The position numbers and the translations under genes are program-made. This document shows, in pieces, positions 1 to 12,149 of a DNA stretch of 64,000 nt. Origin of the DNA: Eledone cirrhosa (Eukaryota). The stretch is from assembly GCA_964016885.1 (NCBI GenBank), contig OZ024746.1, positions 88,040,001 to 88,104,000 of the forward strand, in the 5' to 3' direction. Under the pieces are notes generated by a model. That model was given only the letters and a program-made list of their open reading frames with translations. It had not been told where the DNA came from and searched no databases. How positions within the stretch are numbered: position 1 is the first letter of the stretch; each line of letters opens with the position of its first letter.

Positions 1-2130
1 TGTTCATGTGTTTCTTGATCCGGGCCTGAGGTGGGCGGATGGTGCTACCAATGTAGAATTCACTACATTCGATCTCATATACGATGTAGGTGCGTAAGCA
101 ACATTTCGTCCGGTGTATCAGAATTTCGTTGAAGTAACACGCGTCATCCGGTATGTCAGGTTTCCTGAAGAGCCACCTCCGCAGGGAGGGCACCGAGTGG
201 GCCAAGTAGATATCGAGACCATCCCTCCGTATGAACAGCTCTGGCGGTTTCTTTGCCCAGGTGCGGGATCTTAATGAAACATTTACCTTTCGTGTTTCTC
301 TGCCTCTTGTGTCTGGTGTCCCTTATTACTTTTGTAAAACATCCTGGATATCGATCGTCTTCAGCACCCTGTGGAACTGCTAAGTGTGGGTGAAACCAGT
401 CACGGGATCAGTGCATCTATTTTTAATCCGCGTGATAACGTTTTTGATGTACCAACTTTCAGCACTGTTATGGAGGGCAGATTTGAAGTGGACGAACAAG
501 TCCCAGCTGGCCGCGTTGTGGTAAATGTTGGTGTTGGTCTCTCCCTGTTCCATGATGTTGAATCGAAAGTCGAGGAGGGCAAAGGATCCATCGTCGCTGG
601 GGTGCTAAAGCTGAAGTCAATATTCTCCTCCGTATTGTCGAACGTCCCATATATGCCATTCGCCATCTCCCGGGAAGACGTGAGGATGAGGATATCATCC
701 AGGAATCTTGAGAAGAAGCCGTGGGAATGGGGTTGCATGCGTTGAGTGCCCTGCGTTTCAGGCTGTCCATATACGAGATCGCTAGGACATCGGACAGCCT
801 TGACACCCTCGGTAGCCCTGAGGTCTGCCGGTACGTGTGGTCGAGAAAGTTTAAATTGTTGTTGTCAACGACAACAGATAGGAGCTGGTTGATATCGAAG
901 GAGACGAGCCTGAAGCCGTGTAGATTAGTAGACTCGACACTTTCTGTCAGTATGTTGACGGCTGGGATCAACGGGACCGGGGTTCACAGAGCGACAACAT
1001 CAAAGCTGAAGGCATATCTGTTATCCCTTCGGGTGTCTGGATCCATTTAGTGTAGACAGCCTGTGGCATCCCCGGAAATGTTGACATGTCCCAGGAGTGT
1101 GTTCAGTAGAGGATTTTATATTTTGGATAGACACCATGAAATTTTGTAAAGCGGCCTTTCCACGTGGATACCTTAGCCCTGATTTTCACTTCAAGTCCTT
1201 GCTTGTATGTTTTCAAGAGGTGATAGAAGGCCCGTAGTCTACTATTCCTTGTAAGGAGGTTGTTTCTAAGCATCTTTGTGAGTCTCCAGCGGTCGCAGAT
1301 ATTGATCCAAGTGGTGTTGATATGTCCCTGGATCTACGCTGGAGTTATCCCTGTGACCTTGGCGTAAAGGCTGTCATGGCCACGTTGTTGGAGAGCTATG
1401 TTGTTGTCCTCTCTGGTGATGACGCAGAATTACCTTTCCTTGTCGGAGGAGAGATAATTGAGTTTCCTCGATTTCAGATTAATGAGAGCGGTGAGCTGTG
1501 ATTTAGTGAGGTTGCATGTTGTGTATATGTGTGTGTGTGTGTATATATATGTGTGTGTGATTGTTGGTGTGTGTGTGTGAGGTTAAGTAAGATGTCAGAG
1601 ATAGAGTGTTTCAACCTAATGAGTCTTATGTCAGTTTTGTCGTTGGAGGGTGGGGTGGAGCGGGTTGTGTAAGTAGTACGTGGGAAATTTGGGTAAGTTT
1701 GTATAGGTGCTGTAATTTTCGGTGGTATTGTTGATGGCGTTTACCCATTCCAGCTGGTAGGGGGCTCGGTAGAATTTGGCCTCGATGTCGAGTCCAAATC
1801 CGTCGTCGAGCCGAGGCGTAAGAGTTTCAGCTCCTCGTTTGTGAGGGTACTGCTTAGGTCCGTGACCTGGTACATCACGTCGTTGAAGTGTAGATCATGT
1901 TGATGGACGCGGAAGTGGCGGTTGTAATATTGCTGTCCATAACGTGGTCCTTGGCCCTCCGTCTGTTAACGTTGGTGCTTTCGTTGATGAGTTTGCTCCA
2001 GTTCCATTCAAATTTCCTCTTGAGTCGTTTCATTTCATGTTTGACTCTGGAACGGTAACACTGGTCGATTATTTCATTATTCAGTACCATCTTGTAGCCC
2101 TATCATTAATATCCGTACACATCAATTTTC
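1..2130 (-). mobile_element. Decayed Penelope-like retroelement (Penelope/Poseidon-like), RT + C-terminal GIY-YIG endonuclease; runs off the left edge of the window
   Basis: Minus-strand fragments across stops and frameshifts: RYAFSFDVVAL*TP (about 975-1019), TYRQTSGLPRVSRLSDVLAISYMD, FFSRFLDDILIL, and IVYEIECSEFYIGSTIRPPQARIKKH at about 7-87 (GIY-YIG). The 5' boundary is approximate. Confidence 0.85.
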
Positions 2131-2149
2131 ACATTTAATGAGACATCGT

Positions 2150-2640
2150 GCGTGTTCCAAAGCATATGGTATATCCTACAGAAGGATGAGCAAGTGTTTC
2201 CCAATCCTGCACTCCATTTGTTGTCCATCTCTGCATGATTGGATACAATGAAGCCAAGATGAATGTAGGAGGAAGTAGTTTTCAAGGCCTATCGATCGAC
2301 ATAAACGGTAGCATCAAAATCGGAAATATTTTTAATAATAGTGTTTAGACAGAAAGTTTAGATGTGTGAGAGTAGCTATCAGTAATCTATTGCATTTGGT
2401 GAAGGTTGTGGCACAGTCGTCTTCGAACAGCAGGTAAGGAGCAGTGTGCATTATGGTCTTAGTAACTGCTTAGAAGCGTTGGTGATTGAACAATCCACCA
2501 CTTGTTCAATATTCAAATCACACTCACTCGTTGGCATACGAGTGGCTGTTTCCAGCCTGACAGAGAAATACAAAGCAAATAGTAGTGGTGAAAAATCGCA
2601 CCCCTGATTTGTTACACATTTTTTAGGACATTGTTAAGTG
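2150..2640 (-). mobile_element. RTE-clade (BovB-like) LINE reverse transcriptase fragment, degenerate
   Basis: Minus-strand translations QGCDFSPLLFALYFS (about 2560-2610) and FNHQRF*AVTKT...LLFEDDCA (about 2408-2490) resemble the RTE motifs QGCVLAPTLF and FNLRRL.AKTK...LLFADDCAL. Confidence 0.65.
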
Positions 2641-2931
2641 TGAGTAGATTACCCTGCCAAGAATCTTTCAATCAATACACACAATGGAATTACATCCTAT
2701 CTATCTATGTACCAATCTGTGTATAATTTCATTTCAATTCTGCTCGCCATGTATCATACCATAACACACGTAAATCATATGTATATATATATATATATGT
2801 ACAACAAATTCATCGCCGTCACGGCACTACCTTATGCCAAGTTGAAATGTTATTGGAATACACTGTTTTCTGAAACCAAACGATGATGTGCTTTATTATT
2901 ATTTCTGGCTATATAATAAATAAAAATGTAT

Positions 2932-3002
2932 GGCGGTGGATCGGCAGTATCGGTAGAGGGTCAGACACCAGGCTTTGCAGCAAAGAGTTACGGCCCTTTC
3001 AC
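2932..3002 (+). mobile_element. 5' fragment of the octopod-type tRNA-derived SINE
   Basis: GGCGGTGGATCGGCAGTATCGGTAGAGGGTCAGACACC matches the 5' end of the full copies at 5927-6114 and 35091-35280. Confidence 0.75.
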
Positions 3003-3199
3003 TTCTGGGCTACGGCCATTTCGACAGCTAGTAACTGGCTAAACGACAGGAGCTCAGGGGTCCAGTCCCTTTTCCCTTTTATATATGACTCAAGTTCCTC
3101 AGTGAATTAACAACCCAACAAGGAACTGGGCATATCAGAGTATGGGCAATATTATACACCGAAACAACATATGTACTTGTCTATACCATACTAATTCAA

Positions 3200-3254
3200 A
3201 CTGCCTGAAGAGGTCACAGCTAAAGATGGCTGTCACTGAAATATATATAGCAGT
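3200..3254 (+). ncRNA. Type I hammerhead ribozyme motif (PLE-type), intact core
   Basis: ACTGC-CTGAAGA-GGTCACAGCTA.AAGA.TGGCTGTCACT-GAAA-TATATA-TA-GCAGT. Stem I is ACTGC/GCAGT; stem III is palindromic; AATAAA follows; the element ends in (TA)n at about 3398. Confidence 0.85.
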
Positions 3255-3643
3255 AATAAACGAAGCTAAATTTTAATCATTTGACTTTTATTTAACTTTA
3301 TTTTACACTACTCCGGAGTAACCAAACCAACCTGCGCATTTCGTCGACTGCTCCAGCCTGCATACTGAGGTGTTGGTATACAACCAACATAAACTCAATA
3401 TATATATATATATATATATATCTATATCTAGGGAGTGTAACTTGGAGTCACTGTAGGTTGACCTGGCTGAGTACTCGATGTTTAGGTTCACTTCTGTGTC
3501 GAGTTGTAGAGCTATACAGAGTGTATTATATTGAAAAGATAAGAAGGACGATTGGTTACTCCTTCATTACATTTATTGGTTGGTGACGCTCGTTTCGCCA
3601 CTGATCAGCTCAAGCTTCGATCTGTATCGATCTTACCCGACTC

Positions 3644-3721
<78 letters not shown>

Positions 3722-4663
3722 TAATATATTAGTGTATAATACATATAGCGAGCAGAAATGAAATTATATACATATTGATAGATAGATAGGTAGAAAGTGT
3801 TTTGGGGATAAGGTGTTTGATTATTATACTGTGATAGATATTAGGATCAGTGAGACTTGATTTATTGTTGTCCTTTACTGTTCGATTCACTACAATTTGG
3901 AAATATATTTCTCATTTGCATAATTATGATATAATATATGTATTTGTATGCCGTTAGTGGGCAGTTTAAATTTGGTACGAATCTAGTTTAAGTTCAATAG
4001 GAATCAGAAGCTTTCAATTAATGCTCGTTTCTATTCTCAAGCATCGTGAATGAATTAAAAGAAATATTTTTCATGGCTTACTACAAGACAAGAATCTCAT
4101 GCAACCGACTCCGTTTGCATTATTATATAGCAATATGAAATGATAATCCTTACCTCATATTGTATCACTGTGTGCGCAAATAAGAATATTGTGTGTTTTT
4201 ATGGCCAATAATCCGCAGATTTATTATGATCAATTATTAAAGGAGATTTAACATGATAACTATAGAAAGATATGAACCAGCTGCTCTTGGGACTATATAC
4301 AGAGTGTCTGGAATTATGAATTTATTATCTGGAATTATACTCACAAATCATTTTAATGATTCCAGGATCAGTAATATGTATTTGAATATAAATTGCGTCA
4401 CGGTACGACACAATTTAATTTCGATACCCATACGGTGATAAATATTCCAAATTTGTCTTTACTTTGAATTACATTCCGGCTCTAAAATTCTTTTGTGTTT
4501 CTGCTTGTGTGATGTGTATGGAACGTTTCCATTAACTCAAAATAATTATACTATGTCTATATTTGAAAAACAATCTTACTGTTCTCTGGATTTTGAATAT
4601 CACAGATTACGATTCCTGCAATGAGATTATGAATAAATAGAAATGATATATATATAATGACCA

Positions 4664-4709
<46 letters not shown>

Positions 4710-4826
4710 CACTCGACGTCATGCAACTCACCCGTCTTCGTTTGTGTTGTTGGTGGTGCGAGTACGGAGTTAATTATTATAAAATAGCGGGAGGCTGGTC
4801 TGGTGTAATTCCTTAAAAGGTTTATT

Positions 4827-4884
4827 ATACTATGATCATTTCAGTGACCGGGTTCAGTATGAATCCGGTGACATCATCAGGTAT
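4827..4884 (-). ncRNA. Type I hammerhead ribozyme motif in a (TA)n-flanked element (4709-4988)
   Basis: Reverse complement: ATAC-CTGATGA-TGTCACCGG...CCGGTCACT-GAAA-TGATCA-TA-GTAT-AATAAA. The 10.1/11.1 pair is U·U. Confidence 0.8.
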
Positions 4885-5037
4885 TTAACAAAAGGAATAT
4901 AATAGACAAATTCCATGGGGCTGAAAAGCAAAGACAGGAATGCGGCCGAACATTTAGCAGCTCTTAGCCCGGTCGGCCGCCTTCAAGTATATATATACGA
5001 TATTAATAAATGGAAACTATATTAATAAAACCATATT

Positions 5038-5102
5038 TATTTCATTATACATATTTCAAGGACACCAACTTAAATTGTGGTGTGCTTTCATCAGATAAAA
5101 TA
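5038..5102 (-). ncRNA. Type I hammerhead motif; same family as 15444-15898 and 63871-64000
   Basis: Reverse complement: TATTTTAT-CTGATGA-AAGCACACCA...TGGTGTCCTT-GAAA-TATGTA-TA-ATGAAATA. Confidence 0.8.
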
Positions 5103-5707
5103 TAATATAGAGCAGTTTTATAAAGAAATATTGACATACACTTAAAGAATGCAACCATTACTGTTGGAAGCTCCCGTGGAAGCCATGTCATTAGAATGAG
5201 CCCCTTATTATTTCTCTTATGTTGGTGTTGCAAAGAGCCTCTTTTATAAGCCATGTCAGTAGAATGAGCCCCTTATTCTCGCTCTTGTGTTTTCATATTT
5301 GAAAACGAATCGCATATTATCAATGCTATTCGAAAAGCTCAGATTACATTTATTGAATAAGCCATGTAGAGCGATAAATTGTTGCCAGTTATTTGAAATA
5401 TGTATTTATAAGTATTTTACTTAAATAAAAGTACATTTCCGTGATTTGAAAGCCGAGATATACGCGATTTAGAACAACATGCATTCTTCAATTATATTGA
5501 ATATCGTCGTATGAAACAATGATTCATCAATTTCATTTCCATATAACGTGCACAAGTCATGATCATCACTTAATATGAGAAGAAAATCAACGACTATCGC
5601 AATTGAATACAACATATGCATATATATGTTATGGGGAAAGAAGTAATCCAATCGATAAAGAGCGGAAACTTACGTAGAGAATCACACACTACCTATTCAT
5701 AGATATT

Positions 5708-6133
5708 ATATAGCATTGAAATAATTGTTTAGACGTTTTGGCGCAAGGCCAGCAAATTACCCAGTGCATTACTGGTACTTTATTTTATCGACCCCGTAAG
5801 GATGAAAGGCAAAGTCAACCTCAGTGGGATTTGAACTTGGATCGTTAAGGGACGTAACTCTGCTGGAAAGCATGGCATCTGACCCTCTACCGATACTGCC
5901 AATCCACCGCCTATATAGCATTGAAATAATTGTTTCTACTTTAGGCACAAGGCCAGCAATTACCCAGTGCATTACTGGTACTTTATTTTATCGACCCCGT
6001 AAGGATGAAAGGCAAAGTCAACCTCGGCGGGATTTGAACTCAGATCGTAAAGGGACGTAACTATGCTGGAAAGCATGGCGTCCGACCCTCTACCGATACT
6101 GCCAATCCACCACCAATATAGCATTGAAATAAT
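5708..6133 (-). mobile_element. Tandem pair of full-length (about 190 bp) tRNA-derived SINEs with a Meta-like central domain
   Basis: Copies at about 5722-5911 and 5927-6114 have a B-box-like GTTCAAATCC and the GCCTTTCATCCTTACGGGGTCGATAAAATAAAGTACCAG core. ATATAGCATTGAAATAAT occurs at 5708, 5913 and 6116. Confidence 0.9.
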
Positions 6134-6482
6134 GTATAACCATTCGTATTAGAAACATTCATTACCAAATAATTGACGTAAATGCATAAGATGTCTATAT
6201 TCTTTCCGAATACATTATATTAAATGGGTAATTATCGACTCTCATACACAATGCTCAATATAGAATTATATATTACAATTTGATTTTGCATTCTGGAGAC
6301 AGAAATATGTTATTCAATAATAGGTATTCGTTTTCATCAGTTTTCATGATACATTGTTAATTTTCTACCGGAAGATCATGAATACATTTCCTGTAAGTAC
6401 ATGCACGAAATGTTGTCAGTTGTCACTCTGAATACTTGCATTTAAAGTATAGATGTTGAATCAGAATATCTTGTATACGTAC

Positions 6483-6556
6483 ATATACAAACCCGGATAT
6501 ATATATTAACACTATATATATATAAGTTGTAATAGAATGAAACGAAATTTCATACT

Positions 6557-6624
<68 letters not shown>

Positions 6625-6658
6625 TAGTGTTAATATATATATCTGGGTTTGTTTATAT
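6483..6658. repeat. Short inverted repeat enclosing a (TA)n tract
   Basis: ATATACAAACCCGGATATATATATTAACACTATATA is close to the reverse complement of TATATAGTGTTAATATATATATCTGGGTTTGTTTATAT. Confidence 0.7.
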
Positions 6659-6685
6659 ACTTATACAAGATATACTGATTCAACA

Positions 6686-6747
<62 letters not shown>

Positions 6748-7851
6748 CAGAGAGAGAGAGAGAGGGAGAGAGAGATGGGAGGGTGATGTATGAATATGCA
6801 GATATGTGTACAATTAGGTACACGTGTATATACCTATATATATATACAGATAGAGAGGGGGGGTGAGAGAGAAAGGGAGAGAATGAAAGAGAAATAGGGG
6901 AAGAATGAGAGAATATGTTCGTGCATGTTGTTTTCCAAGGGAAGAGCCGTATATTAATGCTTGCGTGTATATGTTTCTCATTGTATACATATGTGTAAAT
7001 GCTTGCATGAGGGCGTGTTTCCAAATCTAAATGACTATATTTGAAACGTATAGTTTACTAGATTGATTCTGTTTTCTCTGAAAGGCGAGATTATGCTGAT
7101 GACAGGTCATCTCAGCTGATATCAGTGTTAATGCGTTGCCAACTGTTGCATGCTACATTTGGTTTTCATTCCTCTTGCATACCTCTATGATACTGGTTTT
7201 GGTAAGTTTGCGATTACTAGACCTATTTATCTTCCTCGTGCTTGATTCTTATATTTGTATCGATTACATATGAATGTCAGAACACTGGAGTGATATAAAT
7301 ATTGCCAGTTACGATTTTAGAGAAAGAGTCGAATGAAAGGTAGGGATACAAACACTCACATATATGTGTGTATTCAGGCACTAACAGAAACAAACGCGCT
7401 TACACACATTCACATACATCCGTGGCTATCCACAATTTGAATTTATATGCTAAAGACTTAGCCATGTGGCTATTTTGAAACTCTCATATAATACACATCC
7501 CCACCTGATACGCTTTCGTCTGTTCTCCCTTCTTCCATTTTCTACACCTCAGTGCCCCACATCTTGGTCTTCACGTTGGGCTACAGCTCTTATTTTATTC
7601 TATTTTTTCTCCTTTGGTTAAGCCTTTGCAACCACTATATTCATATAATTTGTTTGAAAGCATAACTTATCTAAACCGGTTTTGTTATGTCCCAATGTGC
7701 ACTGGAATGATCGGCTTAGACCATAATACACTGAAACGGTAGTATTTCTAGAGGTTGAGTGAGGAGAAGGGGCTGTCCGTCACTTTGTTGTTTGTTCCAT
7801 TATCTTTATCCAGACGTTTTCTTTGAATTCACCCCCCCCACCACACACATA

Positions 7852-7917
<66 letters not shown>

Positions 7918-7926
<9 letters not shown>

Positions 7927-8312
7927 TTCAAAATATTAACAACAATAGACATTCTTGTGATCAAGTATATTTTATTATACATATTTCCGAGGTACTGAGC
8001 TAACTTCAAATGTACGTCCTCATCAGATGAAATAATATGATGCATGACATACCCTGACGTAGAATCTTAACCATGTACTATGTCAGGGTATGTCATGCAT
8101 CATCTTATTTTATCTGATGAGGACATACTGTTGAAGTTAGCTCAGTACCTCTGAAATATGTATAATAAAATATACTTCATCACAAGAATGTCTATTTTTG
8201 TTAATATTTTGAATTAATATTAATAACTCCGGAAAACCATTTCTATTGAGTACTTCCAATCTATTGTAAAACTCATTCTTTGATTTATTCATTGAACCTT
8301 GTTTAACCTTTA
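7918..8312. mobile_element. Fold-back non-autonomous PLE-like insertion in (TA)n: arms about 7918-8062 and 8078-8222, plus a unique 3' tail to about 8312
   Basis: The arms are direct reverse complements with a few mismatches, and each carries an HHR (7968-8034 minus, 8106-8172 plus). Related copies lie at 46115-46372 and, tail only, at 11964-12012. Confidence 0.85.
8106..8172 (+). ncRNA. Type I hammerhead ribozyme motif
   Basis: TATTTTAT-CTGATGA-GGACATACTG...CAGTACCTCT-GAAA-TATGTA-TA-ATAAAATA, with a perfect 8-bp stem I. Confidence 0.8.
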
Positions 8313-8329
8313 AATATATTTATATATAT

Positions 8330-9110
8330 ACTCGCTGTTTCCCGGCTTTGGACCCGATCTGTACTGTGCTCAAATCACTTGATAAGGCACCCATTGTCTA
8401 CTGTCATAATAACCATTTTCCTTAGAAAGCAGGATGTTAAATGGTATTTAAATATAGCATAGCCTAATGTAAAACATATATTTAAAATATGTTATTACAG
8501 AAATTAATACAAACATAAAAGAAACATGCATTCTACTAAAATTATAAAATATGTACAGAAATTCTGTATATACCATGCGTTTAGATTTATAGGTTTGGCT
8601 ACTTCCAGGGATCATTTGTGAGAGATTTTGTTGATGGCATTTACACAGCTACTTTTCATTGGAAAGGTGGATTTGTGAATAGGGGAACCGCTAATTAATC
8701 AAACTGAAAACGCTTTCCACAACAGTACAACATGATGAAAGATCAGAACATCCTTCATTTTCAACTGATTAATTTTTAATTAATCTAAATGGCTGGGAGG
8801 TGGGAGTGGCTTGCTTGTGAATCCGAGTATCTGCCTCCCTAACATATTGGAAGCGAGAGAATATAGGCCTTTTTGTAACGGTCGTCGCTAGGTGATCTTC
8901 GGGCAACCCAGCTCCCATTTACCGCCAGTTGCTGTCCCGTTCATCGCCGATTTCAAGTGTCGTTCGTCGGACAGTCAGGGAATACACACACTCACAACAC
9001 ACACACATACACCCCCCCCCAACGCACACACACGCACCCCAACACGCACACATACACCCACACACACAAATATGCGAATATGTGTGTTTGTGTCTGTATA
9101 CATATAGTGT
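8330..9110 (-). mobile_element. Possible non-autonomous Helitron remnant
   Basis: ACTCGCTGTTTCCCGGCTTTGGACCCG resembles the reverse complement of a Helitron 3' hairpin plus CTAG end (degenerate). The distal boundary is a guess. Confidence 0.35.
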
Positions 9111-9839
9111 GGTAGTATGTGAGTGTCTGTAAGTGTATATTGATAATGATTTAACTAAACTCCTAACATGTCATACTCGATTAAACAATATCTAAATCCT
9201 AATCAATTATTCCTATTATTCTTAATCCAACCATGGGCTTCTTTGTATTTAATTACATAAATACTAAAATGTTATAATGAATTATCGCTGAGTGTTCTGT
9301 TGTTATTATTTGAGACCTATACCGGTTAAACTGTTTACATTATATATGTAAGTGTAATGATATAAGTGACCGTTATGTGTTATTGCTTATATTTAGATTT
9401 GGGAATACTCTTTTATTTGTGTAATTCATAATTGTTTCTACTGTTGCCACAAGGCCAACAATGATCCCAGTGTATTATTAATACTTGTGTTTAATTCATA
9501 AAACGAATCATCTCCGTATATTACATGGTGAACCACAATTATTAAGTGACGTAATTATAATTAGCTACGCCTTAACAAAGGACATACATTAAACAGATGA
9601 ACTTATGTTTAAATATACCACCCTGTAATAAGTGCACTTTTTATTCGATTTGAACTTGCAGCTAGTTCTCATAATACAGCATGCCGTCATCATCAAGTCA
9701 ATTTATATTTTCTACTCCTGATTTTCTGTTGTATTAGAGTAGCTTGAATAATAATAATTACGTATTTACTTATTGCCCATCTATTAATGTAAAAAATTAC
9801 TTAATCACTGTTGTAGCTTTTCCGCTGTTTGTTTGTCTC

Positions 9840-9890
<51 letters not shown>

Positions 9891-9894
<4 letters not shown>

Positions 9895-10420
9895 AAGTGT
9901 GTCCTCATCAGTGGCCTTCCAACCGTCGTAGGCATTTCGTCGCATTAAAGGCCATATACCTCAGGTTGGTGCGAGCAACGGCTAAAAAAAGTCGTTGGGA
10001 CACGTAAATAAAGGGGACGCTAGGGTAAACAAACAAAATGGTTTAAGCAACAGAAAGTGATGAAGAAGAAAGAAACAAGTCCCAGATTTCTATGAATATA
10101 AATTCGGTGGAATCGTGAACGAGAGAATAAAGACCATGAAACCTGGTTGAAATGTGAGCAAGGAAGGAATTTCGCACAGGTCTAACGGGAGGAAGAAGGG
10201 GTCTGGTCTGCGAATTCGGTAAATATAAGTTCTGTGAAGTCGCAGACAAGAGAGAGATAAAAGAAATTCATACCGGATTGGCCAAGTGCCCGCGAGAAAA
10301 GGATTACGGACAGGTCAAACGGGAAGGAAGGGGAGGAGGAGAGGTAGTGACAGAGAGTGAGTGAGTGAAAGGTGAGGAAGAGGCTAGCAGAGAGAGAGAG
10401 ACTGCTAGAAAGGGTAAAGA
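9891..10420 (-). mobile_element. Repeat family X (about 130-bp internal subunits) ending in a permuted hammerhead-like motif and (AT)n
   Basis: The reverse complement aligns with 55225-55563 and 55770-56208 (TTCCTCCCGTTTGACCTGTGCGAAATT subunits; GTGTCCCAACGA...CACTGATGAGGAC end). 57207-57415 is a further copy in the same (minus) orientation. Confidence 0.85.
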
Positions 10421-10436
10421 CACAAATATATATACT

Positions 10437-10499
<63 letters not shown>

Positions 10500-11050
10500 A
10501 TGTGTGTGTGTGTGTGGGTGTGTCGTGTGTGTGTATGTGTGCGTGTGTGTGTGTATGTGTGCGTGCTTGCGAGTGTGTGTGTGTGTGTATGTATGGGTGG
10601 GCGTGTTGCACCGTATTACCAATGCATGATTGATTTTCTCTAGTTCTTACACGAAATAAACTATACTGATATAAACAATATAGGTCTAAACAAATTGTAC
10701 GTTCACCAGCTTTGCCTGATTTCTTAATTGCTTGCCTATATTCAACACTTGCTAATGGCAATGTCCTTGATATGTGGCTTTGTCGAATTCAATCCCTCCT
10801 AATGATATTGATGTTATGCGAGTGTTTTGCATATTGTATGAATAATCGCTAATTAATTATAACCCGTTGATTCGTTGTTTGTATATACAAGCAAGCTTAT
10901 CAAATGTATATAAACAGTTGTAGATATTAAACATGGATTTCATTTTAAAACTTTGGTCCCCATTCCCTTTAAATATTCATGTAACGCTGCCGTCACTGCC
11001 CTCAACAGTAAGAACCTTGACCTTTGGCAGACTACTACTACTATTACTGT

Positions 11051-11097
<47 letters not shown>

Positions 11098-11418
11098 ATA
11101 CTACTGATACTACTGATGCTGCTGCTGTTGTTGTTGCTTCTGCTGCTGCAACTACTACTACAAAAATGTTCAGAACATCGATATTTCATTTTCAAAAAAA
11201 ATTATATTGCATTTTGCTTTTCACATGTGCGAATGGGTAATGTGAAAAAACATGTACATCACAATGTTTAGTCACGTACATGTTATCTTCATCATGTACT
11301 ATCCCGCCTCTTAATATCAATTAATGTATGAAGTAATATGTATATAGAACGAACAGTTTTTCTAATATCATTTGAACTCTTCTGAATTGTATATTTACAT
11401 CTTTTACACACTCTCTGT

Positions 11419-11490
<72 letters not shown>

Positions 11491-11775
11491 TTTCATATAA
11501 GTAGATCCAATTCTTTTGCAAACCGCCAGAGTTCGATTTTACTGATTTCCAATTATATTAATCTCCTAGATTTAATAGTTAACTAATTAATTTAATTAGA
11601 CAAATTCGTTGATTGGTTAATTATTAGTGTTTGTTTTATAACATCTAGTCGAGAGCTTATCATGATGTTTAGCGGGAATTTTAAATATTTCCTTTTGCGA
11701 TAACTTTTTGAATAACCGCCTGGGACCGGGGATATACATACACAGACACACACACACACACATACACACACACAC

Positions 11776-11855
<80 letters not shown>

Positions 11856-11865
11856 ACACACACAC

Positions 11866-11896
<31 letters not shown>

Positions 11897-12093
11897 AACA
11901 TATATATATAAATACGTATACACACACACATACATACAAATACATACACACACATGTATGTGTGTAAAACTCATTCTTAGATGTATTCATTGAACCTTGT
12001 TTAACTCTTTAATATATATATACATACATATATGTATGTATATATATAGTGACGAAACATAAGTCAATTGCATGAACTCATAATCCTTTATTT

Positions 12094-12149
12094 ACTGCTA
12101 TATATATTTCGATGATAGCCATTGAATGGCTATGACCTCATCAGGCAGT
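12094..12149 (-). ncRNA. Type I hammerhead ribozyme motif, intact core
   Basis: Reverse complement: ACTGC-CTGATGA-GGTCATAGCCAT.TCA.ATGGCTATCATC-GAAA-TATATA-TA-GCAGT. Stem II shows a compensatory change relative to 3200-3254. A truncated sibling lies at 48518-48610. Confidence 0.9.

Noticed and set aside
980-990. In-frame TGA in the PLE RT motif as possible selenocysteine
   Set aside because: It aligns to an aromatic (Y/F) position, not Cys, and the copy has other stops and frameshifts.
7080-7130. CTGATGA near GAAA
   Set aside because: No stems I-III in register.
9925-9970. Alternative conventional type I reading of family X using CCAAC-CTGAGGT...GAAA...GTTGG
   Set aside because: CTGAGG is not conserved in the other three copies (CCGGAGG, CCAGAGG) and there is no UH in register.
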